From: Octopus sinensis
Taxonomy: Eukaryota
Assembly (NCBI RefSeq): GCF_006345805.1
Contig: NC_043012.1
Location: forward strand, 10,912,001 to 10,976,000
Direction: 5' to 3'
Length of the DNA stretch: 64,000 nt
Every line of letters begins with the position of its first letter. Within the stretch, counting starts at the first letter, position 1. The translations under genes were made by a program, and so were the position numbers. The notes under the pieces were generated by a model. The model worked only from the letters and a program-made list of their open reading frames with translations, was not told the DNA's origin and did no database searches. Shown in pieces: positions 1-11,256 of the stretch.

Positions 1-60
1 GTGGACGGCTGACCCTTTCCATCAGACCTGGCAAAATAAGCTGTGAGTTTTCATCAAAAT

Positions 61-267
61 AATAATAATGGTTTCAAATTCTAGCACAAGGACAGCAAGT
101 TCAGGGGGAGGGGTTAAGTTGGTTACATCAACCCCAGTCCTCAACTGGTACTTAATCCATCGACCTCGAAAGGACGAAGAGCAAAGTCGACCTCAGCAAC
201 ATTTGAACTCAGAACATAAAGACAAGTGAAATGTCACTAAGCCTGCTAACGATTCTGCCAGCTCACC
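61..267 (-). mobile_element. tRNA-derived SINE family B, diverged copy
   Basis: Reverse complement gives GAGCTGGCAGAATCGTTAGCA head, GAGTTCAAAT B box and central core; matches copies at 24145, 26661, 50227. Confidence 0.85.
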
Positions 268-661
268 ATGGTTCCATTGACCAGTCTCTGCCACACTTCC
301 CTAACTGCCGTCATCTCAGCGACACAGTCTTTCCCAAGGTTTTACCTTCAACAAGCAATTGTTGCATATATATATCCAACAACGTCTGTCTCTTTGTTTA
401 CTATGGACTGGTTCCACAGTAATCAATTACATACAACAGCTGTCAAGTGGTAAGAGACAAACACAAAGACATACACACATAATGTGTGTGTGTGTGTACA
501 TACGTAAGAAACATGTATAGAGAAAACTATGTCTTTATTACAGATCTCACCTTATAAAGTTGACAACTGTTTCTCTTGCATTAACATACACACACACATG
601 TATATCTTTATATATAAAATACCATTAAAATTAATATCCTCAAAAATATGTTAATGTTATA

Positions 662-731
<70 letters not shown>

Positions 732-1497
732 CTAGGACACCGTTCATTAATCAGTGTGCATTCAAAGCAATGATTAGTAAATTCACGAAACCAGTATGCT
801 TTTGAATCTCTTTAGCAATTCACAATAATGACTTTTATTCCGACATCAGTTCATCTAATTGTATATATCTTTCGTTACTTTTCATAAAAAGCTTTTACTT
901 TTTTTGATTTCCAATCTGCATTTTCGATTATTTTTCTTCCTGCTTTCCCTTTACATTACCACATGTAGTTTCTATTTTCTTTTTGTAACATATTTCTATT
1001 TCGATATATATATATATATGTGCCTTCACAGAGTTCCTTTCTTCCAAATTCACAGGTCTATAATAGAAGACATCCTAGCCACCCTGTAGTGAGATTGAAC
1101 AAGAAACCATATGGTTGCAAAGCAAACTTCTTATCTACACACTCATATCTACAGCTAGGTTACAAAATTTAGTGTTTTTTGTTTTCCCATTGTGTGTGTC
1201 ACATGACAAATGACTAAGTTGTAACAGAACCAACCAACTTCTATCAGAATGGAATCACAAACATCTCAACCAGTTGGTTTCAGGTTTAGTCCCACTATTT
1301 GGCACCTTGGACAAGTATCTCTACCAAATCCACTCACCTAACTCTTTATAGTGAGATGGAAACTTGCTAGGAGCCAATTATGTATATATGTATATATGTG
1401 TGTGTATGTCTCCAAATCTTGGTACCAAGTGATGATTTTAGATGAACATCACTATCAAATAAGTCTACTTCATTACCCGTCTTCCATGGAAACATGC

Positions 1498-1810
1498 CAT
1501 CATCATCATCATCGTTTAACATCCGTTTTCCATGCTAGCATGGGTTGGATGGTTCGACTGGGGTCTGGGAAGCCAGGAGGTTGCACCAGGCTCCAGTCTG
1601 ATCTGGCAGTGTTTCTATAGCTGGATGCCCTTCCTAACGCCAACCACTCCAAGAGTGTAGTGGGTGCTTTTTATTTGCCATCGGCTGGCAGCGGCCACAA
1701 TCGGTTGGTGCTTTTTACATGCCAATGGCACAGAAGCCAGTCAAGGCGGCGCTGGCATCGGCCACATTCAGATGCTGCTTTTTACGTGCCACCAGCACAG
1801 GTATTACAAC
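1498..1810 (-). mobile_element. Non-LTR retroposon 3' end with (GAT)n tail
   Basis: catcatcatcatcgtttaacatccgttttccatgctagcatgggttggatgg; the same end recurs at ~1876-1995 (+), 2224-2290 (+), 5304-5570 (-), 8371 (-). Confidence 0.75.
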
Positions 1811-2056
1811 TACAATTTCCATTTGATATTTATTTTGATGTTGATGTACTCGACTCAATAGGTCTCTGAAACAGGTGATGGTTGGTGACAGGGAGAGCAT
1901 CCAGCTGAAAAAAAATCTACCCCAATGAATTCTCTAGATCTATGCAAGCATGGGAAAGTGGACATTAAAACAATGAAGATGATGATAATGATAATGCAAT
2001 ACTTCATACATCTGCAAGTGCACACGTGCATGAATGCATGCACATGTGTATCTCAC

Positions 2057-2147
2057 CAAAATGGAGATGAGTACCAACATTTACATGTGGCATGCTTAAA
2101 CAATTGTGAGGAACACTTTGCATGAAGCCATTGGTTGCATTCTGAAC
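2057..2147 (-). CDS. Candidate 91-nt internal exon (one frame reads SECNQWLHAKC, PHD-like)
   Basis: Acceptor tatactctatttgtag|G and donor TTG|gtgaga; two open frames. No homology check possible. Confidence 0.25.
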
Positions 2148-2361
2148 CTACAAATAGAGTATACATACACACATCTATTCAAAGCTGAAGCTTGCCTTCA
2201 ACACTAATATTTCATTATTCAAGGTGAGTCCAACCCATGCCAGCATGGAAAACAGACATTCAAATAGTTATGATGATGATGATGATGATCTTGGAACATG
2301 ATATTAATGAGAAACTCATAACAAACTGATGCTCCAGCTCTGAATAAACTCCACTAATTCT

Positions 2362-2631
2362 ACATTATTTACATTATTTACAATTGACAGATATTTGTCC
2401 TCATCTCGTTTGTTGTTAACACAACGTTTCAGCTGATATACCCTCCAGCCTTCATCAGGTGTCTTGGAGAAATTTTGAACCTGGGTTCTCATTCCGAAGG
2501 TATTTTTCATTATTATTATTATTATTATTATTTAGGTCACTGCCTGGAATCGAACTCGGAACCTTGGGGTTAGTAGCCCACACTCTTAACCAATACGCCA
2601 TATGCCCACGGGCATACGGCATAGTGGTTAA
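2362..2631 (-). mobile_element. Composite element: tRNA-like head + (AAT)n + PLE-type hammerhead-bearing body, with 22-bp inverted copy of the head
   Basis: Minus 2607-2535: GGGCATATGGCGTATTGGTTAAG (A box) ... GAGTTCGATTCC (B box); then AAT run, hammerhead and GTAAATAAT tandem tail; 2586-2607 and 2610-2631 are inverted arms. Confidence 0.75.
2418..2463 (-). ncRNA. Minimal type-I hammerhead ribozyme motif
   Basis: GACAC-CUGAUGA-A-GGCUG-(10 nt)-CAGCU-GAAAC-GUU-GUGUU: intact core, 5-bp stems I and II, palindromic ACGU stem III. Confidence 0.8.
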
Positions 2632-3931
2632 TTCTATCAAGTATATTCCATATTTTTTCATGTTCTTTTACAGATGCAAATTCATATTTTATACATACAT
2701 ACAGACATATCCACATACACATATTTTGGTTTAACACCCAGCAATTAGAGCATTAATTGCAATTTCATAATCAGATCGTTTTCTTTAAACCAATATGGAA
2801 ATTTAAAAAAAAAATACAAAAACAAAAAAAAAAAATCAAGCAATAACTAAGAAGAAGACTCATTCCTTTGGCCATGGTAAACAGATTCTTCAGAATATTC
2901 CAATATTTGAAATTCTTCAAATATTTCAAAATAATATTCTCATATTTGTAATAGAACTTGTTGGCAAGCTGGCAGAATCATTAGCACAGCGGATAAAATG
3001 CTTTGAGGTATTTCTTCTGGCTTGGCATTCTGAGTTCAAATTCCTCCAAGGCCAACTTTTCCTTTTGGAGTCAACAAGCTAGATATCAGTAAAGTCAATA
3101 CTTTACTGATATCCCCAAATGGGTTGATGTAATCAATTAGACACCACACCCAAAATTTCAAGCCCTTTGCTTATGTAGACAACCACCAGCAAAAGAGTAT
3201 TCAAAATGTATGGTTTAGCTCATCACCTTCTTTAACACCTCTATCTACCTACTCCTTAGAGCAAAGCTCACTCTTTCATAGTCATTTGGACCAAATTGCA
3301 CTTTATTTTATCAACCCTGGGAGGATGAAAGGCAAAGTTGACTTTGGCAAAATTTGAACTCGGATCACAGAGCCACAACAAATGTACATGTTTGTTCCCC
3401 CAACATCGCTTGACAACCGATGCTGGTGTGTTTACATCCCCGTAACTTAGCAGATCAGCAAAAGAGACCGCTAGAACAAGTACTAGGCTTACAAAGAATA
3501 AGTCCTGTGGTTGATTTGCTCGACTAAAGGCGGTGCTCCAGCATGGCCACAGTCAGATGACTGAAACAAGTAAAAGAGTATATGCCATTAAAGACAATCA
3601 TACAGTTTGGTATTTTCATTTCCTTTCCTTCTCCCATAAATCTAAGACAGTCTTGTCAATGTAAGAAATTGATGCTTTTCTTTAAAAGATCAATACATTG
3701 AACGGCATCAGATCAATAATAATATACTAGTAGCAATTAAAACCAACCTAATATCTTGTCAACAAAACCTGACTAATTGGTTCATTACAGATATGTCGTC
3801 CAACACACACACGAGACAAAGAAGAAGCTTCTATGCAACCTACTCAATCTGCTAAAAATAACAGCTACTTCCCTCGAATGACACCAGGCCATTTAAAACA
3901 GGGAAGGACACAAAATACTATAATCCTGGAT

Positions 3932-4348
3932 TAGGTGCAGGAGTGGCTGTGTGGTAAGTAGCTTGCTTACCAACCACATGGTTCCGGGTTCAGTCCCACT
4001 GCGTGGCACCTTGGGCAAGTGTCTTCTACTATAGCTTCGGGCCAATTAAAGCCTTGTGAGTGGATTTGGGTAGACGGAAACTGAAAGAAGCTCGTTGTAT
4101 ATATGTATATATATATACATGTGTGTGTGTGTGTGTTTATATGTTTGTGTGTCTGTTCCCCCCAGCATCGCTTGACAACCGATGCTGGTGTGTTTACGTT
4201 CTCATAACTTAGCGGTTCGGCAAAAGAGACTGATAGAATAAGTACAAGGCTTACAAAGAATAAGCTACAGGGTTGATTTGCTCGACTAAAGGTGGTGCTC
4301 CAGCATGGCCGCAGTCAAATGACTGAAACAAGTAAAAGAGTAAAGAGA
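3932..4348 (+). mobile_element. tRNA-derived SINE family A, full length
   Basis: GGAGTGGCTGTGTGGTAAG head, GGTTCAGTCCC B box, internal (TA)n/(TG)n, GACTGAAACAAGTAAAAGAG tail. Confidence 0.9.
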
Positions 4349-4471
4349 GAATACAAAAAGACAGAATGGGACGGTCATAGTTGCTTGATCATTTCTGACC
4401 TGGGGCTAAACAACAACACCAGCCATTACAAACAACGTCATTCTTCTTCTTAATCTCTCATACAACTACTC

Positions 4472-4670
4472 ATTGTTTAGCCCAAGGTCAGGACCGATTG
4501 AGTAAACCTGATAATCAAAGGCAATCCAATTCTGGCCATCCTGTCTTTTTCCTATGTGCAAGGAATCCAGAACACATCTATCCAACATGTCCTCTTCCAA
4601 GCCTGTAGGGTGTGATTTGAGGGGTATTCAGCTGCTATTTCAAGCCAAGCACACAACCCTTTAGAAGTTT
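4472..4670. repeat. Dispersed repeat family D (representative copy)
   Basis: tgtttagcccaaggtcag ... gggtgtgatttgagggg..gctgctatttc; related fragments near 3860, 7690, 13100, 15200-15800, 17150-17500, 18150, 21610, 30930, 43820, 50150, 63080. Confidence 0.7.
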
Positions 4671-5303
4671 CCATAGTGGCCCAATGTATGTGGAGTGAGG
4701 TGCAAACAGTCCAAGGAATTATTTTAAGAATCTGAGAATGCAAAATAAAAAGGTAAAGGGCTATGATACTGCACCTAGCATCAAGTTGGATTGCATAGCA
4801 ACCGGTTGAGAGGTAGACAGGATGCTGCACGCAAAGAGCGGAATGACCATCAGCTGATAAGCATGCAGTGATGCTGCTGCTGCTGCATCAATTAGCTGCA
4901 TTCCACCTCCTACTTCCACCGCTTGTCAAATGTCTGAGAGCTGCTTGTGGGGGTGGGGAGTTGCTCAGTCCTTCAGAGATAACATTTTCAGGTTTCGATA
5001 GATGCCGATATAATGAATGAATGTGAGATAAAGTAGATTGGATTAATGACTACGTGATCGAGAGATCAAATCTTACAAGGTAAAAATGTTCAAATGCAAA
5101 CTGCTCTCGCCACAATCTGCCTGGCTGATTACCAAGTTCCACACCTGCTGAGTCATATAGCAGTAGCAATGACGTCTGGCAACAGTAAGACCACCTTCAG
5201 CAATATGCAAACATCCGCAATTGCAAAAAAAAAAAAAAAAAAAAAAAAAAAGCAAAAGCAAAAAGCAGAAAAAAATTCCATTCACAGTAGCATTGGTAAA
5301 AAC

Positions 5304-5570
5304 ATGACAAATCCTCGTTTTAACATTGATTTTTCCATGCTTACATGGAGCAAACAAAATTTGTCAAGGCAGATTTTCTACATTCACATGCCCTGGCTGT
5401 CATCAACCTTCCTCTGTTGCAATCATTGAGAAAAATATGACAAATCCTCATTTTAACATTGACTTTTCTGTTTGTATGGAGCAGACAGAATTTGTCCCAA
5501 GCAGAATTTTTTACATCCAGATGCTCTCTAGCTGTTACCAACCCTCATCTGTTTGCAAGAAAAGTAATAT
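5304..5570 (-). repeat. Two diverged tandem ~133-bp units of the (GAT)-tailed retroposon end
   Basis: atgacaaatcctc(g/a)ttttaacattga starts both units (5304, 5437). Confidence 0.65.
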
Positions 5571-5669
5571 TTCCCAAGGTTGAATATGTTTCCACGAAAT
5601 ATTGGAAACGAAGAACACTGCTTATATCAAGGTGATGTTTGTTTAAATCTTCTTGAATTCACATCTTAA

Positions 5670-5892
5670 CCCTTTCATTACTGTATTTATTTTGAGATGC
5701 TCTGTGTTTCTTTCAATTACTTTAAATATAACAAAGAATTTAGTAAAATAACTTAGTTATCATTCAGCTAGTGTTAGGAACATAAACTGTGACGAAGGTT
5801 TGGTGGAAGATTTTAATTCAAAACTTATGAAAACAAGACATTATTTGTACTCAGAGCCAGAGCCGGTTTTAGCCGGGTTGGTAACAAAAGGG
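5670..5892. mobile_element. piggyBac-type MITE
   Basis: TTAA|CCCTTTCATTAC ... GTAACAAAAGGG|TAAA: CCC/GGG termini, imperfect 12-bp TIR, TTAA-like TSD. Confidence 0.75.
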
Positions 5893-6243
5893 TAAAACAA
5901 GGAAAGACCATGTCAGACAATACACTTTTACATAAAACTGAAGTTTTTCTCTAAGTCTATCAGCTTATTAGGATGAAGCTTATCCTGGTTTCTGTGGTGT
6001 TTTAGTAAATGATAGCACAACAGTTGATATCTAAACAACACACCTGTCTGTCACAGGTTTAACCTACAGTTAGTGATCTTCACAAGAGAAGGAATTTTAA
6101 CCATCATTGTTTGGTGCTTCAGATTTTACATCTGATTCTCAGAATATTAATGCCACTGAATAAAAATATGACCATCATTTGATTCTAGCATCTGTAGATT
6201 TTGAGATAATGTACTTATCAATAAATGTACCAAAATCATGCAC

Positions 6244-7262
6244 TATCGCAACAGAGAAATGGATTCACCAATTCTTCTCAGAGGAAAATGATTTCATTTT
6301 TTTTGCAACAATGCTCAAGGTTTGCTGATGAAGGTGGGTTTGTTAAAATATGTACCAAGTGAACGGAAGTTATTTACGGATGGTTCTAAGTAAAAATTAA
6401 AAGGTCTGCTTCTACACAATACCAACAAATATGGATCAATTCCAATTGGTCACTCCACTAAGATGACCGAGCAGCATGAAACAGTAGCTCTGGTCTTGTA
6501 GAAGATATTATACTATGATGACCAATGGCTAATCTGTGAGGATCTTAAGATGATGAATTTTGTCCTGGGTCAGCAATGTGGATACGCTAAGTATTCCTGC
6601 TTTATCTGTCTTTGTAATAGTAGATCTAAGGATGAGCACAGGATGAGAAAACAATGGCATCTGAGAGAAAACATGGTCATTGGAGAGAAAAGAATGTAAT
6701 TGAGAACCCTTGGATGACAGAGATAAGATCATTTTATCACCATTGCATATCAAATTACGTTTAATGAAACAGTTTGTGAAGGCTTTGAACAAAGAAGGGG
6801 ACTACTTTGATTACATATGTTAAAAATTTCCAGGGCTGAAGCTGGCTATTTTCAACAAGCTACAAATCAAGGAAACCATGAAAGACCCACATTTCCAAGA
6901 TTCAATGAGCAATACTGAGGCAGATGCATGCTCTTCATTCACCATGATTGTAAGACATTTTCTTGAGATACTTAAAGCAATAAAACTACCCAGGACTAGT
7001 GGAAAACATGCTCTCTTTTTGCCATCAACTTAGTGATAATCTGAGCGTGATGTCCACAGCCACTTGGATCATTTCCCAGACAACATTGGTGACCTAAATG
7101 ATGAACAGGGTGAATGATTCCACCAAGATTTAAGAACTATAGAAGAAAGATACTGGAGGCATTGATGGAGGATTACTGCTGGGCCATTCAATATGATTGT
7201 TCTGGGGTGGCTCACCACAGGAAGTCTCTGAAGGCCACTTTCTTGAGATGTCTGAGTAAATG
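6244..7262 (+). pseudogene. Degenerate DNA transposase, Chapaev (CMC, Chapaev3-like)
   Basis: Frames joined across stops/frameshifts: LLHNTNKYGSIPIGHS, ICEDLK, GYAKYSCFICL, LSPLHIKLRLMKQFVKAL, HSHLDHFPDNIGDLNDEQGE*FHQD, DYCWAI. Transposase nature clear; superfamily assigned from memory. Confidence 0.75.
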
Positions 7263-8059
7263 TATTAAAGATAACTTTCTATGTTTGTTTCACTACACTG
7301 ATTCTGTGAATGTAATTTAATCATTAATAAACATATTCTTCTATAAGCTGTCTTTTTTTTAATTCCAAAAGCAATAATAATGATGTGTAGTCATCAATCC
7401 ATGAGCCTAATTAGTTGTATGCAGAGCAATTAGGAGTATAATGAATCTCAATAACCAGAACTGATGGGGGAAAAATTGATGGCATATTTAGAATCAGCAA
7501 CCAAATTTACAAAAAAAATACAAGGTCTATCTCTGACACCAAATTCTGTGCTTCCTTGAATGGTCTAAAGTTACATCAAGCAACTTGCTCAAGGCTGCAA
7601 CACACCATTCTATAGATAGTACTAAGAAAGAATTGATGGCCACAGTTGAAACTTCTTAGATCATATTTCTGCTAATTATGGCTGACCTGGGGCTAAACAA
7701 CATATACTTGTTGGTTATTGTTATGATGGTAATGATGGTGATGATGAAACGTACCCTCCATGAAATGGGAGATACAAGTAGAAATTGCCAAATTAAACAA
7801 TTTATAGTTTTTAGTTTCGTTGCCTTACATTTCGGGTTCAAACCTCAACAAAGGTCAACTTTGCTTTCACATTCCACTAAGTTTGCATGAGAGGTCAAGT
7901 CAGTCAACTGAACCATTTCCCATGCAAACACAGTTAACTGTGATCTTGCCTCTGCAAAACATGGATAATTTCATAAAGTAGATGGCCATCAGACTCCAGT
8001 CTTCCCAGATGACAAATGATATGGGAATAAGTCAGGGAGAGATGGGTGGTTGTCAATGT

Positions 8060-9105
8060 GTTTCTATGGTTTCCTTGAGCTGCACATCCGGATGTTGATG
8101 ACATTTTATAAAGATAAATATTAGAGATTCATTGATCACCAAATCACATGAGGATTCGATGGCAGGACTATGTTACCAACGAAAAGGTTATAGCATTGAA
8201 GCTACCATGGCACGACACCGCCTCTGCTGGTCAAAACACATCATATATATGCTTCAAATACACCTCTGCATCAGCCCCTCTTTGTGGAGTTGACCTTAGG
8301 CACCAGACTACATGGAGCCCCTAAATTCTATTTCCAAGACCAGCTCAAGGTTATTTTCCTCTGCTGCTTTCATCATCATCATCATTTAACATCTGCCTTC
8401 CATGCTGGCATGGGCTAGACGGTTTGACATAGAAGACTACACCAGGATTCTGTGTCTGCTTTGGCATATTTACAGCTGGATACCCTTTCTAACACCAACC
8501 ACCCTGCAGAATGGACTGAGTGCTTTTTACATGGCACCAGCACAGATGAGGACAGTTTTGGCATGGTTTTTACAGCTGGATGCTTTTCAAAATGCCAACC
8601 ATTTCACAGTGTGGACTGAATGCATTTTATGTGGCACCAGCACCTGCAGGGTCACCAAGTAACTTGCAAAAGAAGGAATATTTGAGAGGGGAGGGAGCAC
8701 TGGGGGAGGTTATCTTGTGTCAGATGATGAACGGTTTCAGTGAGACTGAGAGGCAAAAGACAGATGTCTTACTATGGAGGAGATACATGGTTACCCAGCT
8801 GCAGAAAGAAAAAGAGAGAGAGAAGAGGAGAGAGAGTGAGTGAGAGGAACAGATTGAGGGAAAGAGAGACTGCCCAAAATGGCAGCATGTCATTGCCAAG
8901 GAAACAGACCTAATGGAAAATAACAGATTTCAAGAGGCAGGGATCAGATGTCAAAGACACAAAGAGCAACTCAGAGTTCTTCGTACCCTGCCAACCTTTC
9001 CGTGTGCTAAATGCCTCTGGCTCTTCCATACCACCCTTGGCTTGAACAGCCACCTCAGGCAGTGACACCCTTTGCACCCATCAAGACGAAGCAGATCAAT
9101 CACTC
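8060..9105 (+). mobile_element. RTE/BovB-like LINE 3' relic, interrupted at ~8371-8860
   Basis: IRWQDYVTNEKV, LFVELTLGTRLHGAPKFYFQDQLK (to ~8352), resuming ~8870 with FPCAKCLWLFHTTLGLNSHLRQ. Confidence 0.75.
8371..8860 (-). mobile_element. (GAT)n-tailed retroposon inserted in the RTE relic
   Basis: catcatcatcatcatttaacatctgccttccatgctggcatggg, homologous to 1498-1810. Confidence 0.65.
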
Positions 9106-9502
9106 ACTATAGATTAACTACTCGGATATGAGTTAATGCCAATGACAACATGCACATCATAGCCCAGATTAAGATTAGACAAGAGCAACAATATTGATGT
9201 TATCTTAAGCCATATATTAGAGGGAGTGCAAATTGTTGTATCAACCTCAGTGGCTTGACCAGTTACTTTATCAAACCCTACTTCCAGAAGGATCAAAGAT
9301 AAAGCCCACAATGAAGTTTCTGCTAAGAAGTCCCATACCTCATGGTAACAGGAAAAGGGTACAGTTTCTCCACTTCATTTTTCAAAAAAATATTCCTGTG
9401 TTCTATACACTGCAAATTACCTTCCTAAAGAATTATTTTTTTCCCCAAAATTAGAATTTTAAATAATTCTTTCCATACCCATTTTTTTTTTTTTTGTCAT
9501 GA

Positions 9503-9670
9503 AGGCTCAGGAGTGGCTGTGTGGTAAGAAGCTTGCTTACCAAATACATGGATCTGGGTTGAGTCCCACTGTGTGGCATCTTGGGCAAGTGTCTTCTACT
9601 ATAGCCTCGGGCCAACCAAAGCCTTGTGAGTGGATTTGGTAGACAGAAACTGAAAGAAGCCTGTCGTATA

Positions 9671-9716
<46 letters not shown>

Positions 9717-9927
9717 TGTGTGTGTTTGTGTGTCTGTTTGTCCCCCTAGCATTGCTTGACAACCGATGCTGGTGTATTTATGTTCCCATCACCTAGCAGT
9801 TCGGCAAGAGAGACCGATAGAATAAGTACTAGGCTTACAAAGAATAAGTTCTGGGTTCGATTTGCTCGACTAAAGGCGGTGCTCCAGCATGGCAGCAGTC
9901 AAATGACTGAAACGAGTAAAAGAATAA
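9503..9927 (+). mobile_element. SINE family A, full length
   Basis: Colinear with 3932-4348. Confidence 0.9.
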
Positions 9928-10146
9928 GGTCGTGAAGGAACAGCTATTCTGTAACGCCATGCACTGTTTCAATGGTTTTCATTTGTTGATTCTCCAAGAG
10001 AATTTCACCATTCTTAACCTGTGGGGTAGGGGCGGGGTAGAGATATTTCAGTATTCCTCCAGGAAAATTTGACATTTCTAGTCAAGAACTTTCGTTTCCA
10101 AAGTAGAAAACTTACCATTATTGGCACTGTTTCTTTCTTTTGTCTT

Positions 10147-10336
10147 TATTTACTTGTTTCAGTCATTTGACTGCGGCCATGCTGGTGCACCGCCTTTAGT
10201 CGAGCAAATCGACCTCAGAGCTTATTCTTTGTAAGCCTAGTACTTATTTTATCCGTCTCTTGTGCCGAACCGCTAAGTTACGGGGACGTAAACACACCAG
10301 CATCGGTTGTCCAGCGATGTTGGGGGGAGGGGATGA

Positions 10337-10377
<41 letters not shown>

Positions 10378-10520
10378 CGACGGGCTTCTTTGTTTCCGTC
10401 TACCAAATCCACTCACAAGGGTCTGGTCGGCCCGAGGCTATAGTAGAAGACACATGCCCAAGGTGCCACGCAGTGGGACTGAACCCGGAACCATGGTAAG
10501 CAAGCTACTGACCACACAGC
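10147..10520 (-). mobile_element. SINE family A
   Basis: Reverse complement of family A head, microsatellite and tail. Confidence 0.85.
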
Positions 10521-10840
10521 ATTTTGACTTATTTTAAAGTTAATAAAATGTCTTAATTTTATGTCAGTGTTGTTTAGACAATAATTCTTATCATATATGG
10601 GGGTGGAGGGGACCAGAATATGCCGACGGGGGGAGGGGAGAGAATCAGAATATGCTGGTCGTGTTGGAGGGGGGGTACAGAAAAAGGTTAAAAAACAATT
10701 CAACAGAGTATACCTGTATTGTATATACATATATACCCATACACAATGCGTATACAGGATTACAAAAATATACATTCAAACTTGCGTACATAATGGTATA
10801 CACGTACAAATACATGGACACATACACATGTCTACAATGC

Positions 10841-10871
<31 letters not shown>

Positions 10872-10941
10872 TACATACATACACACATACATACATTCAT
10901 AGAACAGAGTAGACGATGAGGGTGAGAGGGGTGACACTTAC

Positions 10942-11256
10942 GGTCCTGCCATTATTTTGGTTCAAAGCAGCCATACTTCTCCGTCCCCTCTGGTGATGAT
11001 GATGATGATGGTGATAACAATTATATGCATGGTGATAATGTGCGTTGTTACTGTTGTTGTTGTTGTTCGTCGTATTGTTAGAAAAAGTGGCACTGGTGGT
11101 GTTGTTGCAGTTGTTTGTGGTACTAGTGGTGTTACTAAATCCGTCACCCCCGTTGGATGTCGGTGGTGGATGTACTGCTGTCGGTCCGGTTCGAACCTGG
11201 ATAACGTAGTCAACATTTTGCACAGCCGCTGCTTTCTTCCTCTTCGATTCACTCAT
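10942..11256 (-). CDS. Probable first coding exon of a host gene (MSESKRKKAAAVQNVDYVIQVRTG... + Asn/Thr/His-rich tract)
   Basis: ATG at 11256 with an in-frame stop 10 codons upstream; 105 open codons ending at a consensus donor ACC|GTAAGT (phase 0); unique CpG-rich sequence. Confidence 0.55.

Noticed and set aside
2535-2607. Intact tRNA gene (likewise the heads of SINE A, B, C)
   Set aside because: A and B boxes present, but acceptor and anticodon stems do not pair properly; these are SINE heads.
4552-5070. ORFs and unique-looking GC-richer block
   Set aside because: Partly family D repeat; no frame with both splice signals and a recognisable motif.
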